DNA of 63,415 nucleotides, counting the filler, from Octopus bimaculoides (lineage: Eukaryota), in the NCBI RefSeq assembly GCF_001194135.2. It is 6 parts of 5 records of this genome, joined end to end, with 100 filler letters (N's around TTAATTAATTAA, not from the genome) between each part and the next. Parts side by side here need not be neighbours in the genome. Positions count along the whole stretch, not along the records: positions 36,213 to 45,273 come from NC_068983.1; positions 45,374 to 57,508 come from NC_068983.1; 4 more parts are not named here. The stretch is one strand, 5' to 3'. The notes beneath the pieces were generated by a model, which had not been told where the DNA came from, made no database searches, and saw only the letters and a list, made by a program, of their open reading frames with translations. The translations under genes and the position numbers were made by a program. Numbering within the stretch: position 1 is the stretch's first letter; the number at the start of each line of letters is the position of its first letter. Positions 39,085 through 51,686 of the stretch are shown here, piece by piece.

Positions 39085-39970
39085 AAATCTGTATGTATAT
39101 TGCCTTACTATACACTTTTGCTGCACCATCTTTGTTCTAAGTATATTCAAGAAGGGCGCCCCTGCACGAACTTTGACCCACAAATTCAGTTTCTGAATAT
39201 GCAAATGATTCCATCAACATGTGGTCGAACATCTTTTAAACTGAGGTAATTCGTGCCAAACTTGAAAAACAATGTGGTGGATTAACAAGAATGAGTTGGC
39301 ACTGCCCGCTTGCATCTAGTGAGTTGAGCCTACACCAACCACAAGGCATTTAAAGTATTTGGAGTGGGGGGGGGTCTAGTTTCGTTTAAAACTCTTTAAT
39401 GACGGGGGCACTGATTAACCTAAAGAAGTTACTGGTAACCAGATAAGTTGCTTGGTACCCAGAAAAGCAAGTTCATACTGACTGACCGCAGAAAAGCAAG
39501 TCCATGCTGACTGACTGGCGATTGTAACTGGACGCGGAGACTAAAATACTTGAAATCTAGTTTAAGGTAAGCTACCAGGTTGACAATAACAGGGACAAAG
39601 TGACAACTAAGGTGGCTAATTTTAAGCAAAATGAGATAATAGCTAGAGCTGGATAGTCGATGGCTAGTTTCAAATTCCTGTAACGCTTCGACAGAGAAAT
39701 ACTGTCTGGGTATTATGCTTCTAGAGAATATTTTATGAGATTGGAACGAATATTCTTTCACTTCTTGTAGAAAAATTTATTCTATTAGTTATAAAGCTCC
39801 AATTCCTGGAGGTCATGGCAATAATTTGAACATGTTTCTCCTGATAAAATTTAGATCAAATGTAATGGATTAATCACTGTTCCTGGTTTGAGGGTTCTAG
39901 GTTTCGAGATACGCTCCATAGACACGCTACTTTTAATTACAAGTATCTTTCACTTCAAATATCATGTAAC

Positions 39971-40152
39971 TAGGCGACAGCAAGCCGGCAGAATCGTTAA
40001 CAAACTGGGCAACATGCCAAGCAGCATTTCGTCCGTCTTTACGTTCTGAGTTCAAATTCCGCCGAGGTCGACTTTGCCTTTTTTCCTAAGTACCATTTGA
40101 TCGTTGAGGTCGATATAATTAACTTACACACTTCCCTGTGTGCCAAAATATG
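39971..40152 (+). mobile_element. SINE family B, degenerate
   Basis: cagaatcgttaac...cgtctttacgttctgagttcaaattccgccgaggtcgactttgcc. Confidence 0.8.
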
Positions 40153-40317
40153 CCTTGTGCCAATATTTGATACCATTATTACGTAATCGGTGTGTCTCGA
40201 TAAAAATGGTAAAATCTATCACCACATTTTTAAACGAAATTATTCAATGTAAATTTTTTCCTTTACAATCTAAACAAACAACCGATATTTACAACAGGCT
40301 CCGTTAAACTTGTAAAG

Positions 40318-40514
40318 ACTTCCGCGTCTAAAGTTTGTTATGTTAGAGAAGAGATTACATTTACCTTGTGATTATAGGGAGTGGTTAAAGTTATCAGCTA
40401 TATCATATACAAAACTAACCGGAAGTTTTTAGTAAAAGTAAACACATTTTAGAGCAGAGGAATGGAAGTAGGGTACGAGATGGCGAATTTAACCTTTACT
40501 AAAAATGAGTAAGT
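40318..40514 (+). promoter_or_regulatory. Candidate promoter and first coding exon (MANLTFTKN-)
   Basis: ETS-type motifs acttccgc (about 40318) and accggaagt (40418-40426), agATGGCG start context (ATG at 40480), and a consensus donor GA|GTAAGT at 40509-40514. Confidence 0.4.
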
Positions 40515-41112
40515 ACGCCCGTTGACTGATTCATGGCACACGCCTATGCTGATGAGTCTAGTAAACACTGTGTTTAATTAACAATTAAAGCTATAATACT
40601 ATATTACCAGCTGGTGTTTAATTGGATACGTCCCGTCCAAATAGATGTATTGACAAATGCGATAAATATAGGCAATGTCAGATATTTATAGCTATATATA
40701 TGTGATATGTGTGTGAATGATACACACACACATACACACACACATACAGACAAATACACATATATAATACAAACATACATATATATATATACTTACATAA
40801 ATGTATATATGTGTATGTATATATATACTTACATAAATGTATATATGTGTATGCATATATATACTTATATAAATGTATATAAGTGTATGTATATATATAT
40901 ACACGTGTATATATATATATATATATATATACACACGTATATATGAGGAACAGCTTTTCTTCCACGCTTCTTTCGTTGAAAACGCGACCACCATGTCTTA
41001 GTTATATATTATTTGTTACATATTTTTCATAATTTCGTATAAATATTTTAGTAGTTAGATATAAAATCTCAAAACGTGATAGAGTAGTAACACATACAAA
41101 ACAATAAAGCGA

Positions 41113-41250
41113 GTTACCACATCAAAGTGGCAGATGAATGTTACTTCTAGTTTAGTCGCAGACAGATTCTCCGCCAGCTGGTTTTCGATGCAACGTTTTG
41201 CCTGGGGTTAAACTATTAGTAACATTCACCTGCGACTTTGATGTGGCAAC
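41113..41250. mobile_element. MITE-like fold-back element with 42-bp imperfect inverted repeats
   Basis: 41113-41154 gttaccacatcaaagtggcagatgaatgttacttctagttta matches the reverse complement of 41209-41250 with 5 mismatches. The spacer is 54 bp. Confidence 0.7.
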
Positions 41251-41514
41251 TGACTTAACTATTTTAGTAGTTCCCATAATCAAAGTTTCCAGACCTTCAC
41301 AGTCCCATCTTTGGTATATGAAACAGATTTGGCCTCTGTATCGCTTCTTTTGTATTGGTTAGGCTTTTGTACACTTGATCAACAAAGGATTTTTTATGCC
41401 TATACTTTCATATCAGTTGTCACGTGTTAATTTGTTTTATTGTGACCAGAATTATGGAAGCTCTGCTGTCAAAATTTTAAATGTCAGGCTTCTATGCCAG
41501 CAGCAACTTAATTC

Positions 41515-41586
<72 letters not shown>

Positions 41587-42160
41587 TTACGTATTTATTT
41601 TAGCATTGTGTTGCAATAATACTGTTACTACCATGATTAAACTGCTATTTTTATGAAGAGATTTACGCAGTATATACCTATTAACCGTTACTGTCTTTCT
41701 AACTTTGTTTTATGGTATGTGGTATAGTGTGTTGCGCTTGTTCTTTGTTGTAAATGCATAGCAAACCAACGAGAGAATGCTGTACTTGTATGGCCAATGT
41801 AACAACTGGTGTCCTGAAGTTTAAAGCTTTCCTTTTTACAATCAAATTTTGGGGATTACATTGGTCATTAGAATCTTCTTCACGGATTCATATGCTTATA
41901 GAGTGTAATTGAAAAGGAGTTCTCGAGTTCTTGATAGAGGTTTTTGTTGAATATTATTTGTTTTAATTTATGATCGGCTGAAATTCATTTTGTATTTCAT
42001 GTTATGAGGTGTCTAATTATGTATTCGTCTAAGATCTGGAAACGTAATGATGAATGTATGAATGTAGGAACTTTATGAATGTAGGAACTTTATGTATGAA
42101 TGTAGGAACTTTAATGTTCTAAAGAAACTGCAGAAAACTTATGCAGAAATATGTAAAATA

Positions 42161-42792
42161 TGTAATAATATGATAAAACTAGAACATATTCTTGTTTTAA
42201 TGGTATACATACAGACACATACAGGACAGAAGTCTTCGGACCCCGCTTGCACTTCAAGAGATTCCTACTGAAGTCCTGGAATCCACAAGCTGACCACGTC
42301 GACTGCGGATAGCTATTTAAGGGAGACAATAACTCTTAATCCTTCCATCTATTTACAAGCTTTTAGATCTCATCAATGTAAAACTCTTTTGGTTTCAAAG
42401 CGAAGAACTCTGAATATTAGTTTCGACTTCCTCCTGGCTTGCGAAAGTTATGTCCCCCAAATAATTCTGTAAACTACGAAGCAAATGGTAGTCTGAAGGA
42501 GCAAGGTCGAGGGAATAAGGTGGATGAGGAATTTTTTCCCAACCAAGCTCTTCGATCTTCTGTGATGTGATCTTTGCAATGTGGAGTCGCGCATTGTCCT
42601 AATGAAATATCACTCCTTTTCGATTCACTAAAGCGGGTCTTTTTTTCTTCAAACGCTCTAAAATCTGTAATAAAATGATAAAACTAGAACATATTCCTGT
42701 TTTGATGGTATGCATACAGACACATACAGGACAGAAGTCTTCGGACCCCGCTTGCACTTCAAGAGATTCCTACTGAAGTCATGGAATCCACA
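42161..42792. repeat. 127-bp direct repeats (42161-42287 and 42666-42792) with TGT...ACA ends
   Basis: The two copies differ at 5 positions by manual alignment. Confidence 0.92.
42342..42665 (-). mobile_element. Mariner transposase C-terminal fragment
   Basis: Minus-strand translation KKKRPALVNRKGVIFH*DNARLHIAKITSQKIEELGWEKIPHPPYSLDLAPSDYHLLRSLQN...LVNRWK contains the DD34D motifs. Not in the ORF track because of stops. Confidence 0.9.
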
Positions 42793-43124
42793 ACAGTAGA
42801 CTTGAACATAGATTGCTGCATTAGGTGGTAACAATTCAAAGTGAATTACAAAGTGATACCTCGCATTACGAGTTTAATTCATTCCATGACCAAGCACGTC
42901 TTACAGTTTACTCGTTTTACAAATCAATTTTCCCCATTTAAATTAACTAAAATATAATTAATCCGTGCTAGCCCCGCAAAAACCACCCAAAAGTAATATT
43001 TTATGAGTTTTAAAACAGAAAAGTTGTAATTACAAGTAAAATGACAATTATAAAAAAGAGATTCCAAAAGAAATATATAAACTGGTTTTATTAACTGGGT
43101 TACCATAAAGATAGGACGATTTTG

Positions 43125-43239
43125 TCTGTTCGTACTGCGGATTTCCGCTCGTACTTCAAGACAAAAATTCGCACGGTTCTCGGCTCGTACAGCAAATTAC
43201 TCGTACAATGGGGCACTAGTACTACGAGATTCTACTGTA
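43125..43239 (-). mobile_element. Possible pogo/Tigger-like terminal fragment
   Basis: The reverse complement begins TA|CAGTAGAATCTCGTAG, a Tc1/pogo-style end. The partner end was not found. Confidence 0.35.
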
Positions 43240-43619
43240 CTTATTTGAGTGCTTGAATTTTAGTGTCGAAAAGCAACAAACGGACATTTTGGTCGATCCA
43301 ATACTTTGGCGTTTAAAATTTTAGACCGCAGCTGATGATAATCCTGTGTATGGATACATATACATACATAAATATGTTTTTATGCAGATGAGTGTACTTG
43401 TGTTTGTGTGTGCGTGCGTATGTTTGTGTATGTGTGTGTCTGTGTGTGTGCGTGAGTGACAGAGAGACTCTGTTTGTGTGTGTGTTTGTGTGTGGTGTAC
43501 GTGCGTGAATGATTGCAGTGTGCTTCTGTTTCCAATTTGACCGGTAAAAATCTGGTAGTTTCCAAAAGCGTAACATAGTGATTCGATAAAACAAGAGCAA
43601 TACGATTATATGATTGACT

Positions 43620-43683
43620 AGAGTCTGTTGAAGGCGATGCCCCAAGCATGGCGGCAATAGTTTGACTGAAACCAGTAAAAGAT
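43620..43683 (+). mobile_element. SINE family A, 3' tip
   Basis: gaaggcgatgccccaagcatggcggcaatagttttgactgaaaccagtaaaaga. Confidence 0.65.
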
Positions 43684-43825
43684 TTATATATATATATATC
43701 GCCTTCAACAGACTCTAGTCAATCATATAATCGTATATATATATATATATACGCACAAACATATACAATAGACAAATAGATACATACAGATACACGCATA
43801 TATATGTACATACATACGTATATAC

Positions 43826-43882
<57 letters not shown>

Positions 43883-43923
43883 CAGACATATATGTTTATA
43901 TATATACACACCCATATACATAT

Positions 43924-43990
<67 letters not shown>

Positions 43991-45241
43991 TAAATAGATA
44001 CATGCATATATACATACACATATATACACATACATATACATATATTTTTATATATATATATGCATATATATGTGTATATATATATATTTTTCTCTAGTTT
44101 CAGCTTAGAGCTGCGGCCATACATGTACATATATGCATGTATATATTTATTTATACGTGTGTATGTACATATACATATGCACGTGCATGCGTGTATGTGT
44201 GTGTATGTGCGTCTGTGTGTACCATGTCTTCCTACTTAAATTTCTTCTCCCCTTAGAATATCATTTTACATAATATTTTTTTCCCTTCCACTCCCTCTCA
44301 CCTCTTTTTCTTCTACACGTTCTCCCTTGCTATATAACTTTCTCTCTCTCACTCTCTCTCTCTCTCTCATTCTTTCTTCTGTTCTTCTATTTCTATATAT
44401 AAGATACTTGTTGATGGTGATTTAAATTTCGTTTGTAGACAGACACATGTGTACAAGCAGCGGCTGCGAATTGGCTGCTGCCTCCGAGGCTCTGAAACTC
44501 CATTGAGAAAACAGACGTTGTACAGTTTTTTAGCACCATATTTTACCGTTTTTCATTATATTATTATTTTTTCAAACTAAAAACATCTTTTTTCTTCTTT
44601 TACATTTTATTTTGTATTCCTTCGTTTTTTGTTTCGTATTTTTTATATTCTTCTCTTTTTTTTCTTTTTTATTGATATTTGATCTACTTTTGTATGTTTT
44701 CGTTGTCATTTATTTTTGTAGTACTTTTTTTCTTTCATTTCTTTCATTTTCCTTTCTTTCTTTTATCTTTTTTTTTCTTTTTTTTCTTCAGCTGTTTTTC
44801 CTTTTGCTTTTTGTTTTTTTCACATGTGGAAAAGCTTCTTGTCAATGAAGAAATTTGCATTTAACGTTTTCCCGTGTGAACAATGAATTTAAAATACTAC
44901 GCACTTGAAAATGTAGTAACATGAACATTGATAAATCTTACCCTTCCATGTCAGTAACTAGAATTTTAAGAATGGCAACTAAACACCACATCGTCGCCTC
45001 AACCACGGGACAAATGACGACGGGGTGAACTAATCACAACACGCCATATTTGTTTTCTTACGCTAAATAAGTTTGTTGAATAAGATCTCGTTGTGTGCGG
45101 GTTGACAGTATTAGTCAAATTACGGGTATATGAGTTTTGTGTTGAGGGTAGGAGATGCGCTTGTTGAAAGGCAAAAACAAAAAAAAAATTCATTCATTGT
45201 TTCACAGAAAGGCTGAAGCTTAGACTGGCATACACACACAC

Positions 45242-45273
<32 letters not shown>

Positions 45274-45373
45274 NNNNNNNNNNNNNNNNNNNNNNNNNNN
45301 NNNNNNNNNNNNNNNNNTTAATTAATTAANNNNNNNNNNNNNNNNNNNNNNNNNNNNNNNNNNNNNNNNNNNN

Positions 45374-45687
45374 GAGAATACATAAAAATCCAAATGTGAG
45401 GAAGAATACATAAGTCCATCTTGACATAGCCGAGTCTATCAGGCTAGTAATTGATTCTAGACAAAAGTTTTAACTGTCTCAGATTTTATTGTTTCTTATC
45501 TAGTGCTCTACTCGCACTTTTAAATTTTTTAAAAAATTTAAAAGTGCGAGTAGAGCACTAGATAAGAAACAATAAAATCTGAGACAGTTAAAACTTTTGT
45601 CTAGAATCAATTACTAGCCTGATAGACTCGGCTATGTCAAGATGGACTTATGTATTCTTCCTCACATTTGGATTTTTATGTATTCTC
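45374..45687. repeat. Perfect 314-bp spacerless palindrome at a contig start
   Basis: Arms 45374-45530 and 45531-45687 are exact reverse complements, centred on aaatttttt|aaaaaattt. Confidence 0.9.
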
Positions 45688-45881
45688 TCTCCCACTTGAA
45701 TTTGAAATGTTGCCACATTTATAATATGTCTTTTCTCCAGTAATTTTTCTGCACTTTCGTGCAGCTGAAGATTGCTCTTCATATTGCATATAAGGTAATG
45801 CTCGCATTACTTAAATAAATTGAAGTAGCATGAAACGTGCGTACTGCAATCACCTTTGAAATCCGTGTCGCTTATTTTTTG

Positions 45882-45920
<39 letters not shown>

Positions 45921-45952
45921 TATATATATAGATACATACATATACATTTATA

Positions 45953-45993
<41 letters not shown>

Positions 45994-46812
45994 TTATACT
46001 TAATTGCTATTCTGAATGTTATGGGCTTCATTAAGTATCTCTGATACTGTATATTTCTTATCGACATTGATAATAGAGATTTGTAGTACTTTTTACGAGA
46101 ACTTTATCTTCCTTGTTGTGGCTGATATTTTTTTGTGTAAATCTCTCCATGTCTTTATTTCTCTCTCTCTCTCTCTCTCTCACTCTCTCTTCCTCTCTCC
46201 ATCTATCTATCTATTAAGATATATATGTATATGTGCATGTATGTGTGTGTATGTGTGTGTGTGTGTGATTATAAGAGATATGAATGAGTGCATGATTAGA
46301 ATTACGAAGAATATGTGTTTTTTTGTTATATTTATTTATTTGCAAATTAATAACTATTCATACTAGTTTACGGTGGTTACATTTTCTGAAACAGTGCTAT
46401 CTTCTGAGCCATCAGTTGATTTTGATCTCAAACTCTGACATTATTAATGTTATTCACAGTAAAAAAATATTAAATCAAGTTAAATATGCCTATAATAGTA
46501 AGTTTTTGAAAACAAAATGATACAAATATCTGTGTTTTTGCAATGAGCTGTCTATTTTTCTTGTTCATAATGACTAAAATGGTTTAATTTACATTGGCTA
46601 CAAACGCATTCATAAAATCAAATATTAGTTTTTAAGAAGTTTGCTGTTATATTGAAAAATAGACAGAGTGGGAATAAAATGTTACGTGTCATAATGTGAG
46701 ATGCCTGAGAGCATTGCTCTGTGTTAGCAATTTCTAAGATACAAATATGAATTCAAGTAAAGTTCTGATTAAATTTTGATGTTTTAGTATTTTATGTCTT
46801 CAATCTTTTCTC

Positions 46813-47213
46813 CTTTACTTGTTTCAGGCATTTGATTGCGGCTATGCTGGGGCACCACCTTGAATTTTTTTAGTCGACTGAATTGACCCCCATACCCTTT
46901 TTTTCTTAAGCCTGGTATTTATCCTATCATCCTTTTTTCCGAACCACTAAGTTACGGTGACGAAAACACACCAGCACCGGTTGTCAAGCGTTGATGGAGA
47001 GACAGAAACCTACACAAAGCCACACACACACACACGCGCGCACATATGTACGACGGATTTCTTTCAATTTCCGTCTACCAAATCCGCTCACAAGACTTTG
47101 GTCTGACCGAGGATATAATAGAAGACACTTGCCCAAGGTGCCACTCAGTAGGACTGAACCCAGAACCATGTGGTTGGGAAGCAAGCTTCTTACCACACAG
47201 CCAACCCTGCGCG
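46813..47213 (-). mobile_element. Full-length SINE family A
   Basis: Reverse complement from cgcgcagggttggctgtgtggtaagaagcttgcttcccaaccacatgg to tgaaacaagtaaag, with an internal (GT)n. Confidence 0.92.
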
Positions 47214-47540
47214 TAAAATTTGGGCTCATGCTAATCATTATTATCATTAACCCCATCCTCATCAAAATTTTCAGCATTTCAATTTCCATTCTTTTCTCTG
47301 CAATATCTTGTATTCAACAAATATTGAAAATATTGTCACAAGTTTCAGCCATTTTCTTCTCAAGTGTGAGTTAAATGTGTCACAGATTATTAGTTTTACT
47401 TTGATGTCCTCTGTGTGTCTTGTTATAGACACACAGTGCATGTTATAGACGTTTTTAACCATACATGTATCTTCCATTTTCAGTACCATTTCCACATGTG
47501 GACAATCATCTTTTGATAAATCTGAGAATGCCCTCAACTC

Positions 47541-47571
<31 letters not shown>

Positions 47572-50500
47572 CACACACACACACACAGGCACACACACAC
47601 GCACACACACACACACACACACACAAGCACACATACATACGCGTGCGTACGCAGAGACATTTCATCTATAAACCAACAAATTCACATTGACTGAAGCATT
47701 TCTATCCAACTTGTTTCAAATCTCTACGGTCAATGGCAGGTTCTCCCCTACCATGTTATATGGTGCTTCTTACATAAGTTAATACGTGGAGAAACCAGCA
47801 ACTTCCAGATATATTAAGTTTCTTCAGAGGAATATTTTATCATACTAACGATAATTACATTCTTTTAAAAAATGCTTTTTTCTCTGTTTGAACTGCTTTA
47901 CAGTTGAGGTATAATGTTCCCTGAAAGTAAGATGGAATGACCGTTTATCATTACAACTGGCATGTTCAGAATATTTATGAATTGTTGAGCTATAGCAGAC
48001 CAGAATGTCTGTGATATTGCAAGATGATGTGCAACCACCTTTCACCTTTCAATATAAATGCGAAATGAGGTTAATCTCAATTCCTAGACAATATTCTGGT
48101 AAACTATGTATATATNNNNNNNNNNNNNNNNNNNNNNNNNNNNNNNNNNNNNNNNNNNNNNNNNNNNNNNNNNNNNNNNNNNNNNNNNNNNNNNNNNNNN
48201 NNNNNNNNNNNNNNNNNNNNNNNNNNNNNNNNNNNNNNNNNNNNNNNNNNNNNNNNNNNNNNNNNNNNNNNNNNNNNNNNNNNNNNNNNNNNNNNNNNNN
48301 NNNNNNNNNNNNNNNNNNNNNNNNNNNNNNNNNNNNNNNNNNNNNNNNNNNNNNNNNNNNNNNNNNNNNNNTATATATAATCACGGTTATTTAAATTATC
48401 CATTTTGTGGAGAGAACTACTGTAACTAATACTTAAATAGTTCGATATATTATACTGGTTATGAGTTCCATAGTCCATTGTTGAATCTTCTCTTTGAAAT
48501 AATATCTATTAAGGCGTTGTCATTTCATTCACCAGAAAAGCAATATATACTGTTTATACAGGCCTTATCATTCTGCTGAATTTTCAGAGTCTTCTTCTCT
48601 AACTCATTGAGTAACGTGATAAGCGGCAATAATATTATCATTTGCGTTCCTAGAAACCAGAAAGGCTCTAGTGACATATACAATATAGATATAATCCAGC
48701 AAAAAGAGAATACTTAAATCTAATAAGAAATTTCACAACAAACCATAACAAAGTTCAACAAATCTCTGAAGGTGAAAGATATCCATAAACCTTCCAAAGG
48801 AAATTATAAATTCACGTTGTGAGAATATTTTCAGGTTATTTTATATTTCTTTATTACAACTTGGCTTGTTGGTGAATATAGAAATTTTATAGCTTTCATT
48901 CTTAACAACATTGAATTATCTCCTCCTTGTTTTGAAGATCGATGCTTTGTCCTTATAATACATTAAAGCTTTGTTCTTTATCTTATTAGACTATATATTA
49001 AGACTTTTCCAAACATTCTGTAAGTAAATTCCTAACAGTCAACTGCTTTTCTTATTTCAATTAAACATAGGACTCTAAACATGCTATTATAAACCAAGAA
49101 GTCACTCTTCATTTATTTTGTAGATTATATCAGCTACAATATCTATTGAAGATGGGTGGAATTGGCTGTAGTGAGTTACATGGTACATGGTTATAATTAA
49201 CCAGAACTCTATCAGCTGCTTTATTCACACTCATGACGCCTCTCATTGAAGAATCAGTAATTTAATATAGACATGGAAAATCTTCACTTACTTTATGTAA
49301 ATATGCTATGGCGTATAACACTCTTTTATTTTAAAGTAGCATAACCCATGTTGCTCTTAGAGCAGTATGTTAGTTTGAGTTTCTCAGACCTCTTGCACTG
49401 AGATAATTAAGTGATTTATTATTCAGAGAGATCACAGAAATTAAATGGATCTAGCTAAACCATTACTATGAATATAATTCCCTGTAAAGTTTCTCTCTTT
49501 GCTCAGACATCACATGGTAGATTCAATAAAATTTCATTTTAAATTTGTAACATGACTACAACCAATCGATCACAGTTTCTCAACTTCATGAATAAATATA
49601 AAATCTCAGTTTGTTTTAAAGTTACATAATTTGACGCATATTTAATCTGAAACCATACCAATATCTTTCTGCTATATATTTCTGACTGCTATTAAAACAT
49701 CTATTAGAGAGGTGATAAGCTAAAATTTTAAAAGAATATGACTCTTAATACTAGCAGACCAAACAATTGTTTGTTGGCTTTAAATAGCAATGCATCAACA
49801 CGTGATTCACCACTACCTATCAAGGTATGTAATACGGTTCTAAAAAAGACATCGGTATCGTACATCTAGTATAGCAGATCAGTGATTTATACCTGGTCAT
49901 TCAACCTACTATTTCTGTTGCATGTATTTATTTCACTATAGCTGATTTAGGTTTACATAAACGCAACAGCAAATCTGTGTCTTTAACTAATATAGCTTTT
50001 TCTACAAGAAGGCAGCTTCTTGCTACTTTGTTTTCCGACATTATCATAATAATCTAAAGCAAACACATGATAAATGCCTTAGGATGTTGCTTTATTACTC
50101 ATGAGTAGATGCTGGGAAAAACAAGAAAAACAACTTATTAAGAATTATCCCAAGCCCAACCATGTTAAATTAAAGAACACTGTTGTGCTGACGTTGTCTA
50201 TGAAAGAACCAACTCACTTAAGGCTTTATTATTTTACGAATATGAAGTTTTCTTCTTAAATTAAAGCTTTGTTTATATTGTGAAATCAGCAAGCCAAAAA
50301 GTTCATCTTAGACATATCAAAAACTTTGTTTGGATTTTATCATTACCATTAATCATTATCATTGGAGTTTGGCATTCACATACCCATACACACAAAACAC
50401 AAATATACACTGAAAAGTATACCAGTAGCACACTTTATTGCAAACCCAGTTTTAACTATTTTTCTAACGCGACTCTCTCTATCGCTATATCTATCTCCCC

Positions 50501-51094
50501 CTCTCATTCTTCCCTCTACTGTTCTTCGCCTCTCCCTGTCACTACTATCTCTCTCTCTCTCTTTACCTCTATCACTTGTTGCTCGTCCTTCGCCTCTCAC
50601 CGTTACTACTATTATCTCTCTCCCTCTCTACCTTTCGTTGCTCACTTTAATTCTACTTCCTCCCCTTCTTCTCCCTCTGCTACTCTTTCTCTTTGCCCCT
50701 ACTTCTTTGCCCCTCCTGTTCGTGCTTCACAGCGTTCAATACTTACACACTTCACGTCTGGCTGTACATCCTTTTTGTTTGTTTATTCACCGTTTCGTTT
50801 TCCTGTCTTGTTTTCTGTCCGCCACTACCTTCCACGGAAAAAATTTAATTTGTGTTTGTGGGAAGAACCATTTCAACGATGCGTACTGCCTTAATTCTTC
50901 AAAACGCCGGTGTTTTAATGGTGGCAGCTGATGAAGGAGATGTTTCTATGTGGCTTGCTTGTTTGTTGTACCTCGTTTATCATTTTGTTCATGTTCTTTT
51001 GCCATGTCGTGTACCCAGTTATGTATCTATTTGTACATGTAGATGAAGGTATGTACATGCATGTACATATATATGCATATACTCATATATTGTT

Positions 51095-51132
<38 letters not shown>

Positions 51133-51341
51133 NNNNNNNNNNNNNNNNNNNNNNNNNNNNNNNNNNNNNNNNNNNNNNNNNNNNNNNNNNNNNNNTATAT
51201 GTGCATTTATATGCAAACTAAGTCCATTAAAATTTATACAAAGGTATACATACATACATACATACATATGTACATACAGGAGATTATATTTTCGTACATT
51301 ATCATAATACTAATGCTGGTATGTCAATAATTTTGCCTACA

Positions 51342-51536
51342 TAAGGTAGCGAGCTGGCAGAAACGTTAGCACACCGCGAAATGCTTATCGGTATTCCGTC
51401 TGTCTTTACGTTCTGAGTTCAAATTCCGCCGTAGTCTACGTTACGTTTCATCCGTTCGGGGTCGATAAGTTAAGTACCAGTTTGTACTGGGGTCGATCTA
51501 ATCGACTGGCCCCTCCCCCCTAAAGTAACGGGCCTT
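51342..51536 (+). mobile_element. SINE family B, 3' tip replaced
   Basis: taaggtagcgagctggcagaaacgttagc...gttctgagttcaaattccgcc...gtactggggtcgatctaatcgactggcccctcc...cgggcctt. Confidence 0.9.
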
Positions 51537-51636
51537 AACCACTACGCCATATGCCCGTGAGCATATGGCGTAGTGGTTAAGAGCGCGGGCTACTAACCCC
51601 AAGATTCCGAGTTCGATTCCAAGCAGTGACCTGAAA

Positions 51637-51686
<50 letters not shown>
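51534..51686 (+). mobile_element. tRNA(Arg)-like SINE head preceded by its own inverted 5' end, with an (AAT)/(ATT)n tail
   Basis: A box tggcgtagtgg, B box gttcgattc, and aagattccgagttcgattcc resembling the tRNA-Arg(ACG) T arm. The acceptor stem does not pair. Perfect 21-bp inverted repeat 51534-51554 / 51561-51581. Confidence 0.7.

Noticed and set aside
39190-39210. ATGCAAAT octamer as an snRNA promoter element
   Set aside because: No snRNA-like sequence or proximal element was recognised downstream, and an 8-mer is expected by chance in AT-rich DNA.
51561-51632. Functional tRNA gene (likewise the heads at 11350-11421, 16430-16504 and 37135-37205)
   Set aside because: A and B boxes are present but the acceptor and anticodon stems do not pair, and SINE bodies or tails follow.
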